Source: Caldisericota bacterium (lineage in GTDB: Bacteria; Caldisericota; Caldisericia; JAAYUI01). From it: a DNA stretch of 64,000 bases. Below, piece after piece: positions 38,296 through 46,733 of the stretch (the first letter of the stretch is position 1; each line of letters begins with the position of its first letter). Made by a program: the position numbers and the translations under genes. The stretch lies in contig JAKPMO010000024.1 of assembly GCA_029548865.1 (NCBI GenBank), positions 99,256 through 163,255 on the forward strand. The letters are read 5' to 3'. The notes under the pieces were generated by a model that did not search any database, had not been told where the DNA came from, and was given only the letters and a program-made list of their open reading frames with translations.

Positions 38296-38916
38296 ATGGT
38301 TTGTGTGAGGACAATAAAAATCCCGGTCTGCTCGTCAACCCAGGATGTGGCAAAAGAGCTGGCCGAAAAAGGCACCGAGGACATGACTGTCATTGTTGCC
38401 GAAGACCAGACTGCTGGCAGGGGGAGACAGGGAAAAACATGGGCTTCGTCCATCGGCGGGCTCTGGACAACAATAATTCTGCGCCGCGAGGTTCCTCTGG
38501 ACCTTGTTCCTTATATCGCACTGGCATCAGGATTGGTAATAAAGAAAGCTCTTCTGGAGAGAGTGGGCATAAACGCGACAATCAAATATCCAAACGACCT
38601 GCTTTTTGACTGTAATGGCGAGTGGAAAAAGCTCTGTGGAATACTTTGCCAGTCATCAATTGTTTCCGGGCAGCTCCGATATGTTCTGGTTGGCGTGGGA
38701 TTGAATGTAAACAACAAAACCCCTTCTTATGCAACCTCCCTGAAACAGATAACTGGAAAAGAGCATGATCTTGATTTGATGGCAAAAATCGTCTCCGAGG
38801 CCGTGTCTTTCGGAACATTAAAATTGGTTGAACACGGAAAAATGAAGGTCATTAAAGACCTTTTTAACGATGGAGCAATCGAAATGCCACTTGACAATAT
38901 TTTTGAAAATGAATAG
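38296..38916 (+). CDS. birA: Biotin--[acetyl-CoA-carboxylase] ligase (group I, no HTH)
   Basis: GRGRQGKTWAS motif and BPL catalytic domain. Start chosen at MVCVRTIKIP. ATG at 38245 is possible but would overlap queA. Confidence 0.8.
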   Translation: MVCVRTIKIPVCSSTQDVAKELAEKGTEDMTVIVAEDQTAGRGRQGKTWASSIGGLWTTIILRREVPLDLVPYIALASGLVIKKALLERVGINATIKYPNDLLFDCNGEWKKLCGILCQSSIVSGQLRYVLVGVGLNVNNKTPSYATSLKQITGKEHDLDLMAKIVSEAVSFGTLKLVEHGKMKVIKDLFNDGAIEMPLDNIFENE

Positions 38917-38928
38917 TAAATTATCACC

Positions 38929-39147
38929 ATGCCTATATATGAATACACTTGCCCAAAATGCGGACACGACTTCGAAGTGTTCACAGTAAAGATAGAAGAA
39001 GGAACACCATCCTGCCCAAAATGTGGCTACGAAAAAACAAAAAAGAGAATATCAATGCTTGGCTACCTGAAGCATCCGGATCACGGTGGACAAGGGAAGC
39101 TCACATCCGGGAGCACCGGCTGTAGCGATGGCTCCTGTTCAAAATAA
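38929..39147 (+). CDS. FmdB-family zinc-ribbon protein
   Basis: MPIYEYTCPKCGHDFEV...CPKCG is the FmdB/CxxC-x17-CxxC signature. Gly/Ser/Cys-rich tail. Confidence 0.7.
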   Translation: MPIYEYTCPKCGHDFEVFTVKIEEGTPSCPKCGYEKTKKRISMLGYLKHPDHGGQGKLTSGSTGCSDGSCSK

Positions 39148-40387
39148 AACAAAAGCGCAAAAAAAAGAAAACCCTTATCTTAAGGCATTTCTTTCATGGT
39201 TCGGAAAAGAGCTGGGCAAAAGCCCGAATTCAGTAAAAGCTTACCACTGGGAACTTTCCCGCTTTTTCAATTACCTTGGCCAAAACGACATCACCATTCC
39301 AGAGTGCAAAAGATTGCACATAAGAGATTTTCTCACAGAACTCAACCAGGACAATTCATCACACACAAGGGCCAGAACGCTTTTTTGCATCAAAACGTTC
39401 TTCAGGTTCCTCTACAGGGAAGGATACATACCGTCAAACCCTGCCGAAACAATTGATCCACCCAAGCAGACCCAGAAAGTGCCAAAATTTTTGCTTGCAA
39501 ACCAGTTTCGAAAGCTGATAAAAGAGCTCTGCCTTGAGGCTGAGAAAGAAAACAACACACAAAAGAAGGTCCTGAAGGTTGCCTATGAATCGGAGCCTGG
39601 CCCAGATTCATTTTTTATTCTTCTGAGAATGCTTGGATTGAACATGGAAGAAATATCCTCACTCTCTGTTTCAAAAATAAACATCAGGAGCAAAACCATT
39701 TCTCTTAATGAAAACAAAAAAATCCTGCTGGACCAAAAATCATCTGCTTGTGTGGCCCAATTCATAAACAATCAGGAACTGCAAAAATCTTTTTTTGAAG
39801 GTAACAGCAGAAAAAAAGCTTTCAAAAACCATATTTCATGGCTTGAATCAAATGGCGCCACTCAAGAAGAAGCAACCCATGGACTGGAAAGTTTTCGGGT
39901 AAACCCGGCCAAAAGGGACCTGGCGATCATAAGCCTTTTGCTGGGAACTGGAATCAGGCGAAGCGAGCTGGTTGGCCTGAACAGGCAAAACTACAATGAA
40001 GAATCGAAAACCATCATGGTCACAAGAAAAGGTGGCGACCAGCAGATTGTCGAGGTCGGCGATGAAGTCTGTGTTGCGCTTTCTCGCTACCTTGGTACAC
40101 GCAGGGACAACCTTGACCCAATGTTTCTTTCTGCAAAAGGAAAAAGGCTCAGCAATGAAGGTCTCTGGCTGATTACCAAGAAAATCCTTGGAAAATTTGG
40201 GCTTGAAGGTTCCACACATACACTCAGGCACACGTTTGTAACCGAACTCGTCAGGCAGGGAGTTCCTGTGGCAATCGTTCAATCTGTGGTCGGACACAAA
40301 AGCGCACAAACCACGATGAGATACACTCATATCATATCTTCAGACAGAAGAAATGCCATTTCCAAGATCAAGCTCGGCATAAAATAG
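39128..40387 (+). CDS. Tyrosine-type site-specific recombinase (XerC/XerD-like, with ~100-aa insertion)
   Basis: N-terminal SAM-like core-binding region (SPNSVKAYHWELSRFFNYL). C-terminal catalytic RHTF...GHKSAQTTMRYTHI (R-H-R-Y). About 420 aa versus ~300 for Xer. Start chosen at MAPVQN. Confidence 0.75.
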   Translation: MAPVQNKTKAQKKENPYLKAFLSWFGKELGKSPNSVKAYHWELSRFFNYLGQNDITIPECKRLHIRDFLTELNQDNSSHTRARTLFCIKTFFRFLYREGYIPSNPAETIDPPKQTQKVPKFLLANQFRKLIKELCLEAEKENNTQKKVLKVAYESEPGPDSFFILLRMLGLNMEEISSLSVSKINIRSKTISLNENKKILLDQKSSACVAQFINNQELQKSFFEGNSRKKAFKNHISWLESNGATQEEATHGLESFRVNPAKRDLAIISLLLGTGIRRSELVGLNRQNYNEESKTIMVTRKGGDQQIVEVGDEVCVALSRYLGTRRDNLDPMFLSAKGKRLSNEGLWLITKKILGKFGLEGSTHTLRHTFVTELVRQGVPVAIVQSVVGHKSAQTTMRYTHIISSDRRNAISKIKLGIK

Positions 40388-40397
40388 GGCCACTCCG

Positions 40398-40425
40398 TTT
40401 ACAACAGCTCTTTATGATGTATAAT
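40398..40425 (+). promoter_or_regulatory. Sigma-70-type promoter upstream of the FHA-kinase operon
   Basis: TTTACA-16 nt-TATAAT, followed by GGAGG RBS and ATG at 40443. Confidence 0.5.
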
Positions 40426-40442
40426 TCGAGGATGGAGGTAAA

Positions 40443-40958
40443 ATGATCGAATGTCCCGTTTGCGGCAGAGCAAACCTTGGTGGTGTTTTGTGTTGCGAAT
40501 CGTGCGGAGCAAAGCTCGAGCAGAAAGATGAACATTTTGAAAATGTCCTCCAGAACCCGAACCTGATAAGGTTCCCGCACCCTCCAAGCACTGTAACTTC
40601 ATCGCATCCTGCCATCAAAACACAGGTGGAGATGGTTGGAAGGTTAGCACTTAATGACGAGCACCAGTTCATCCTTGATGGCAAAAACGAATATCTGATA
40701 GGCAGAGCTGACAAATTGGCAGGGATAGTTCCTGAGATCGACCTTACTAATTTCGACAAGGAGATGGTAACATCAAGAAGGCACGCCTGTGTGACAAAAA
40801 AAGGCGACTCATACATAATTGAAGATCTTGGCTCAACAAATTTTACCTATCTGAATGGAAGAATGCTCTCCCCAAAAACCCCCACAAAGCTTGATGACGG
40901 GGACGTTATCAGGATAGGAAAAGTTTATCTGGTGTTTTCAAGAATAAAGAAAAACTAG
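40443..40958 (+). CDS. Zinc-ribbon + FHA domain protein
   Basis: N-terminal CPVCGRANLGGVLCCESCG zinc ribbon. FHA core YLIGRADK...SRRHACV...EDLGSTNFTYLNGRML...GDVIRIG. Confidence 0.8.
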   Translation: MIECPVCGRANLGGVLCCESCGAKLEQKDEHFENVLQNPNLIRFPHPPSTVTSSHPAIKTQVEMVGRLALNDEHQFILDGKNEYLIGRADKLAGIVPEIDLTNFDKEMVTSRRHACVTKKGDSYIIEDLGSTNFTYLNGRMLSPKTPTKLDDGDVIRIGKVYLVFSRIKKN

Positions 40959-40979
40959 GATTTTTATTGGAGGAAACCT

Positions 40980-43385
40980 TTGGAAAACAGGGTTATAGTC
41001 AAGAAATACAAATTGCTTGAACCTCTGGCATCTGGTGGAATGGCAACTGTTCACTTGGCAAAAAATCTTGCCACAGACGAGATTGTCGTGGCAAAAATAC
41101 CCAATTTCTCGGGGCTTCCAAATAAGGAAAAGTTCGAAAGAAGGTTTCTGAGAGAAGCCCAGATACTCTCAAAAATAAACAGCAGGTATGTTGTCAAAAT
41201 ACATGATTTTGGCAAAGAGGAGTCAACTGGAGAGTACTTCCTTATTCTAGAATACCTCCATGGCAAAACACTCGAGGAGATAGCTCAAGGGAAAGAAAGG
41301 ATTCCAGTTCCAACAGTTGTTGACCTCACAATGCAAATTGCAGAGGTACTGGGTGACCTGCACGATCAAGGAGTTGTCCACAGGGACATAAAAAGCTCCA
41401 ACATCAAAATATCTTCCGAAGGCAACATCAAGCTCTTCGATTTTGGAATAAGCAAGGGCGAGGACCTCCCAAGCATGACCAGGTCTTCTGACTTCCTGGG
41501 AACACTCCAGTACATGTCGCCAGAGCAGACTGATGGAAGGGAAGTCGACATAAGGTCTGACATATACTCGACCGGCATCGTCATTTATGAAATGCTGTTT
41601 GGCAAGTTGCCTTTTGATGCGCCATCGCCTGTTGAAGTAATCGAAATGCAGAGACACAAACAACCAAAGATACCCCCCGAAGCCAAAGAAAGGGGCATTC
41701 CAGCTTCTCTGCTGTCCTTGATGTTCAGATGTCTTGAAAAAAATCCTGCCGACAGGTTTCAAACCCCCCAAGAGCTGGCCGCAGCATTGAGGGCAGTTTC
41801 CGAAGATTTGGGGATGACCCAATCTGAAAGGGACGCCTATAGAAAAACCAAACTCACTCAGATAGCCCTTTCTTCTCCGCAATCAACTTTTAGAACACGG
41901 GCAAGAAGAAAACAAACCATGACAATAGCCCTCACAGTCGCAGGGATTATTGCCATATCTTCAGGTATCTGGCTATCAAGGGGTTGCACAAAACCACTGG
42001 AACCAGACTTTCTGGTTGCCCAGGGCGAACTTGTGCAATACCAGATTCCGCTTGCAACACCACCTGGAACAAAAGATATAGAAGCCACAATAAGTAAGTC
42101 TCCGGATGGATTGTCAGTAAAGCTTGAAAAGCAAATGGAAAACGAGGGTGAAAATTGGGTCCTCTCAATATATTCCAACCTCACAATGCCCATAGGTGTT
42201 TATGAAATAAAGCTTGGCGTACAATACACAAGAGATAACGATCTCAAAGAAAATGAGGAGACAAGCTTCAATGTTGGGGTAATAAAAGGCAATCTTGGCA
42301 ACAAAGCAATCAGGTTGATCAGTTCGGATGAAATCCCCAACGATCCGAACTCAAAGGTCGAGAATGCCGTCAAAATCAATGGAAAAATCTTTGTGCCTGT
42401 TGAAACAATTGCATCAGGGACAAAAGCTCAGACCGAATGGGACAGGGAATCCGGAAAGCTGACATACTGGACCCCAGACAAGACAATCGAGCTCAAAAAA
42501 GGTGAAAAAACTCTGAAAGAAAATGGCTCGGAGAAGCCATTGAATGAAGCGCCTGTTGTGCTCAATGACTCAATGATGGTCTCCGGTAATGTTGCCGAAA
42601 CGTACATGGACACAGCTGTGACATCAAAAAATGATTCTGAAATTGAATTGACATTCAAACAGTCCACGCCTGGCTCAAAAATTTCAATAAGCACCAAAGA
42701 CGAAAAGGGCAATGACATCAAAGGCGCAATTGTATTGATAAACCAGAACTACAAGGGCAAAACACCAATAAAAATAGAACTTCCGAATGGCGTCTACCAG
42801 ATAAAGATACAAATGGGCGGTTTTAACGATATAAACGACGAGATAAAACTTGTGACAACCAAAACCCTTGATTTGAGCTATCCACTGGTCGCAATACAGC
42901 AAAAACCGCCAGAGCAGGAAAAGAAACCGCCAGTAGAAACGAAACCCAAGCAAAACGGGTTTCTTGATCTTAGCGTCAATGTCCCATGGGGCTCTTTCAT
43001 TGTTGACGGAAAAACCCAGCAAAATATTACAAGCCTTTCACTGGAGCTTGCACCGGGCAAACACAAGGTTGTATACAGGCTAAAAGATTTCCCCGACCAG
43101 ACAAAAGATGTCCAGATCGAACCAGGGCGAAGAAACTCAGTCAAATTCCAGATTTCCTCAGGCATCCTCAAGGTGACATGCAATGTGGTAGGCATTGTAT
43201 ACATAGACAACATTGAGTTCTCGGACAGGATTTTCACAAGTCCCAAGGAACCATACATAAGGGAAGTGGCCGCAAAAACGTATATAATCCGCGTCGACAA
43301 AAGTGGATACAAGATGCAGACGAAATCTGTAAAAGTTGAGCCTGGCAAAACCACAACAGTGGAGTTTAACCTGGAACCAAAATGA
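40980..43385 (+). CDS. Hanks-type Ser/Thr protein kinase with TM segment and extracellular CuAO-N-like + PEGA domains
   Basis: TTG start 5 nt after GGAGGA. Kinase motifs ASGGMATVH, HRDIKSSNIKI, DFGISK, SPEQ. One TM helix (~res 305-325). Ectodomain carries a CuAO-N-like segment (KINGKIFVPVETIA...) and two PEGA-like modules (LPNGVYQIKI; LAPGKHKVVY). Confidence 0.85.
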   Translation: MENRVIVKKYKLLEPLASGGMATVHLAKNLATDEIVVAKIPNFSGLPNKEKFERRFLREAQILSKINSRYVVKIHDFGKEESTGEYFLILEYLHGKTLEEIAQGKERIPVPTVVDLTMQIAEVLGDLHDQGVVHRDIKSSNIKISSEGNIKLFDFGISKGEDLPSMTRSSDFLGTLQYMSPEQTDGREVDIRSDIYSTGIVIYEMLFGKLPFDAPSPVEVIEMQRHKQPKIPPEAKERGIPASLLSLMFRCLEKNPADRFQTPQELAAALRAVSEDLGMTQSERDAYRKTKLTQIALSSPQSTFRTRARRKQTMTIALTVAGIIAISSGIWLSRGCTKPLEPDFLVAQGELVQYQIPLATPPGTKDIEATISKSPDGLSVKLEKQMENEGENWVLSIYSNLTMPIGVYEIKLGVQYTRDNDLKENEETSFNVGVIKGNLGNKAIRLISSDEIPNDPNSKVENAVKINGKIFVPVETIASGTKAQTEWDRESGKLTYWTPDKTIELKKGEKTLKENGSEKPLNEAPVVLNDSMMVSGNVAETYMDTAVTSKNDSEIELTFKQSTPGSKISISTKDEKGNDIKGAIVLINQNYKGKTPIKIELPNGVYQIKIQMGGFNDINDEIKLVTTKTLDLSYPLVAIQQKPPEQEKKPPVETKPKQNGFLDLSVNVPWGSFIVDGKTQQNITSLSLELAPGKHKVVYRLKDFPDQTKDVQIEPGRRNSVKFQISSGILKVTCNVVGIVYIDNIEFSDRIFTSPKEPYIREVAAKTYIIRVDKSGYKMQTKSVKVEPGKTTTVEFNLEPK

Positions 43386-46045
43386 GAAGAAACTTTCTTC
43401 TATTAGCAGTTATTTCATGTCTCTTTGCAACGGGTATATCACTTGCCAAACCATCTTTCGACTGGTGGCCAATGATAGGGCATGACAATCTTAAAAGTGG
43501 TATAAGCAAGGATAATTATCTCCCTTTCACGCTACCTTTTAGTGAAAGCAAAAAGGGGTCCTGGGACGTATCACTTTCAAATCTCGGTGGGCTGGGAACA
43601 CCGGTCGTAAAAGATGGAGTTTTATATATTGTCCAACAGGGTTTTTACGACAAAAGGAGTGGCAATAGGCAAGAGGGAACTCTCAGACAGTATGACATAT
43701 TTACCGGGAACCTTCTCCTAGAACAAACTTTCAATGCCGTGGATGTACCAGAGCCAGGAGTGGTTGGGAGTCCTGCCATCTGGGGAGGAAATGAAGAAAA
43801 AACAGTCGTGGTTGGAGATTATCTTGGAAACATAGTCTATTTCAGGGGTATTTTCCCAAAAAAACTTGTTGATGCAGGCGGGGAGAGAACACCAATCACT
43901 TCGTCGCCAACCATATACGACAATACCTGTTACATTGGTTCCGATTCAGGAAATGTCTATGCCTTCGATCTTGCCGAATTAAGAATAACAGATTCATTCA
44001 AGGCAAAAGGAAAGATAACAACTTCGCCATCTGCGTTGAAAGATCTCATTGTTTTTGGCGATGATTCGGGGAGTTTTTTTGCATACAACAGAAAAACCGG
44101 CAAGCAGATCATAAATGCCCAGCCATCAACAAGAGATGACATATCAATAACTTCATCATCATGTATTACTGAATCACAAGGAAAAACATATGCGATTTTT
44201 GGTTCCTCAAAAGGTTTTGTGCACCGAATAACAATAGGCGGAAGTAATATCGGGCAAATTGTAAGTTTCAGGACAAGCCCCGACAGGAGAACACAGAGGC
44301 CAACTTTCTGGGCAACGCCAACCGTTGTGGATGACCAGATTTATGCAGGCGCAGACGATGGCAACTTGTACAGAATAGACCTGGGAACAATGAAATCGGC
44401 CGGAATGATAGATTTGAAAAATCCAATTTTTGCGCAAGCAACCTCGGCAGGCAAATACCTCTATGTTTGCACTGCATCGCTTGACAGCGAAGAAAATCCT
44501 GCCAGAGAGGGAAGCCTGTATACAATTGATCTTGATACATTCACAATCAATCAAACCAATGACAGTGGTATTGAGATCAAGGGTGGCTCCCTCACACAAC
44601 CGGTGATAGCTGGCGGATATATGTTTGTGGCCTCCAGGTCGGGCAAAATTTACCGTTTTGAGGGCGCCAGGCCACAGCTAATGGTTTCACCAACCCAAAT
44701 CAATTTTGGTACCATAAAATTCGGCACAGCAGGACAAAAGGATATTGTCATTAGTAATAATGGTCCTGGCGACCCGCCACTTGTCGGTGAAATCCTGGTG
44801 GATGAACAGTCGAAACTATGGCTTTCAGTCGACAAGTCGGAGTTCAAAACTTCTGGAGAAACAAAATTAACAGTAAAAGCAAGTTCTTCTAATATCAAAG
44901 ACATCAGGGAGACAGAGTATTCAGGCACTATAAGTATTGAAACCAACGCCGGAATACAAACCATTGAAGTAAAAGCAACTTTTGCGCCTGATTTGCCAAG
45001 AATACAAGTCTCAAGCTCCCAAATTGATTTCATGGACACATACAGAGGACGAAAAAATTTGAGAGAGTTTACTGTAAGCCTGGCAAAAGGATCAATGGCA
45101 ACTCTTGATTTCAAACCCTCCGAAAACTGGCTCGAATGCTCTCCACAATCAGCAACCCTCTCTGAAGGGAAAAAAAGCATAAAAATATCAGTGACTGCTT
45201 CAACTGAGAACCTTCCCATAGGGAAATATGCGGCAACAATCCAGATCGGGGACCAGAAAACAATTGCCAATCCAGTCACACTGCCAGTAACAATCAATGT
45301 TGTTCCCCAACCTGCAAGACCGAGCATAGTTAACTCCTCAGTAGAAGTTGTTTTCCAGGACTGTTTTGTGGACAAACCAAAAGAAGCGGTCTTCCAGATA
45401 CTAAACTCCGGCGACAATGATTTGAAGGAGGGCATAAAACCAATACTTTCAACCTCGTGGCTTTCAAACCCGCGCTTTGTCAAAAACAAAGGTAATTCAT
45501 GGCTATACATATGCACGATCTCACCTTCAACATTCTGGCCAAATCAACAATATACAGCATCTATCAACACCATGATAAGCTCGACGCCAATTACGCTAAA
45601 AATTACTGTAAAAACAATGCACATACCCGAATGCAAGATAGAATTTTCAATAGGATCAAAGCAGTACATTGTGAATGGAAGATCTCTACCAATGGATGCT
45701 CCGCCTTATGTTTCCAAAAATGGCAGCACTATGGTTCCAATCAGATATATAGGGGACCCACTTGGTTATTTCTACAAAGCACAGACGGAATGGGTAAAAG
45801 AGCTGAAAACGGTATTGTTTACGCTGGCTGGAACAACACTAAGGCTCATAGTGGACTACCAGAATGCCATAGTGGAAAGGGCCGATGGCTCCATAGACAC
45901 GGTAAAACTGGCTTCTCCCCCAGAGATAAAAAATGGCAGGACATTCATCCCGCCAAGAATTATTGGTGAAACGTTTGGTGCAAAAATATCTTGGGACGAC
46001 AGAACCAGAAAAGCCACCCTCGTATTTAACCAACCACCACCCTGA
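43382..46045 (+). CDS. Secreted PQQ-like beta-propeller protein with C-terminal CuAO-N-like domain
   Basis: 4-nt overlap with kinase gene. Signal peptide MRRNFLLLAVISCLFATGISLA. Repeated propeller-blade motifs (G.vYa.D...G) and Ig-like middle region. C-terminus IVNGRSLPMDAPPYV..GSTMVPIRYI...TFIPPRIIGETFGAKISWD is CuAO-N-like. Confidence 0.7.
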   Translation: MRRNFLLLAVISCLFATGISLAKPSFDWWPMIGHDNLKSGISKDNYLPFTLPFSESKKGSWDVSLSNLGGLGTPVVKDGVLYIVQQGFYDKRSGNRQEGTLRQYDIFTGNLLLEQTFNAVDVPEPGVVGSPAIWGGNEEKTVVVGDYLGNIVYFRGIFPKKLVDAGGERTPITSSPTIYDNTCYIGSDSGNVYAFDLAELRITDSFKAKGKITTSPSALKDLIVFGDDSGSFFAYNRKTGKQIINAQPSTRDDISITSSSCITESQGKTYAIFGSSKGFVHRITIGGSNIGQIVSFRTSPDRRTQRPTFWATPTVVDDQIYAGADDGNLYRIDLGTMKSAGMIDLKNPIFAQATSAGKYLYVCTASLDSEENPAREGSLYTIDLDTFTINQTNDSGIEIKGGSLTQPVIAGGYMFVASRSGKIYRFEGARPQLMVSPTQINFGTIKFGTAGQKDIVISNNGPGDPPLVGEILVDEQSKLWLSVDKSEFKTSGETKLTVKASSSNIKDIRETEYSGTISIETNAGIQTIEVKATFAPDLPRIQVSSSQIDFMDTYRGRKNLREFTVSLAKGSMATLDFKPSENWLECSPQSATLSEGKKSIKISVTASTENLPIGKYAATIQIGDQKTIANPVTLPVTINVVPQPARPSIVNSSVEVVFQDCFVDKPKEAVFQILNSGDNDLKEGIKPILSTSWLSNPRFVKNKGNSWLYICTISPSTFWPNQQYTASINTMISSTPITLKITVKTMHIPECKIEFSIGSKQYIVNGRSLPMDAPPYVSKNGSTMVPIRYIGDPLGYFYKAQTEWVKELKTVLFTLAGTTLRLIVDYQNAIVERADGSIDTVKLASPPEIKNGRTFIPPRIIGETFGAKISWDDRTRKATLVFNQPPP

Positions 46046-46134
46046 TCAAACCAGGAAAATAACGTCTCCCAGTCTCATTAGAACTCACCCAAAAATAACT
46101 TGAATGCAACCTAACATTTCATATATTCGAAATC

Positions 46135-46476
46135 ATGAAATATTTGGATGAAGAAAATGAAAGAGAACTTCAGGAAATTTCAGACATATTCTCGGCTCTG
46201 TCTTCCCCAAAGAGGCTCAAAATAATCTCCTTAATCGAAGATGGACCCTTATCAGTCACTGAAATAGCCCAGAAAATGAAGTGCAGGCCACCATGTGTTT
46301 CACAACACCTCTCGGTTCTCAAATCATGCAAAATAGTTGATTGTGAGAGAACTGGTCATGAAATGGTCTACAAATTGGCACTTTCGTGCGTCAAATCATT
46401 CATATCTTGTCTGCTAGGAAAATGTGATAGCAACGATTCTGGGTGTTCAATTGTAAAATCAGTCCATGCAAAATAA
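46135..46476 (+). CDS. arsR: ArsR/SmtB-family transcriptional regulator
   Basis: Winged-HTH LSALSSPKRLKIISLIEDGPLSVTEIAQKMKCRPPCVSQHLSVLK with Cys residues for metalloid sensing. 113 aa. Confidence 0.8.
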   Translation: MKYLDEENERELQEISDIFSALSSPKRLKIISLIEDGPLSVTEIAQKMKCRPPCVSQHLSVLKSCKIVDCERTGHEMVYKLALSCVKSFISCLLGKCDSNDSGCSIVKSVHAK

Positions 46477-46493
46477 CAAAACAGGAGGAAATG

Positions 46494-46733
46494 ATGAAAA
46501 TACAAGTGCTAGGAATGGGATGCGCAAAATGCCACTCCCTCGAAGCAAATGTCAGAGAAGCTGTTGCAAAGATGGGCATCGATGCTGAAATTGAGCCAAT
46601 CAAGGACATACAGAAAATCGTCGAGATGGGTGTTATGGCAACACCAGCAATCGCAATTGATGGAAAAGTTGTCTCTTCAGGAAGGATGCTCTCTCCATCG
46701 CAGATAACGGAGCTCATAAAACAAAACCAATAA
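46494..46733 (+). CDS. Redox-active disulfide protein 2 (small thioredoxin-fold protein, TIGR00412-like)
   Basis: AGGAGG RBS. MKIQVLGMGCAKCHSLEANVREA...GVMATPAIAIDGKVVSSG matches the ~78-aa CxxC family often found in ars operons. ATG at 46491 also possible. Confidence 0.8.
   Translation: MKIQVLGMGCAKCHSLEANVREAVAKMGIDAEIEPIKDIQKIVEMGVMATPAIAIDGKVVSSGRMLSPSQITELIKQNQ

Noticed and set aside
38256-38453. N-terminal 66-aa extension of queA in the ORF track, and 38245 start of birA
   Set aside because: The QueA homology begins at MELKDF (38255). The extension has no similarity and would overlap birA. For BirA the conserved core begins after MVCVRT, so 38296 is preferred (38245 not excluded).
39196-39456. 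86-aa ORF in an alternative frame inside the recombinase gene
   Set aside because: Fully nested in the tyrosine recombinase ORF, which has clear catalytic motifs. No independent support.
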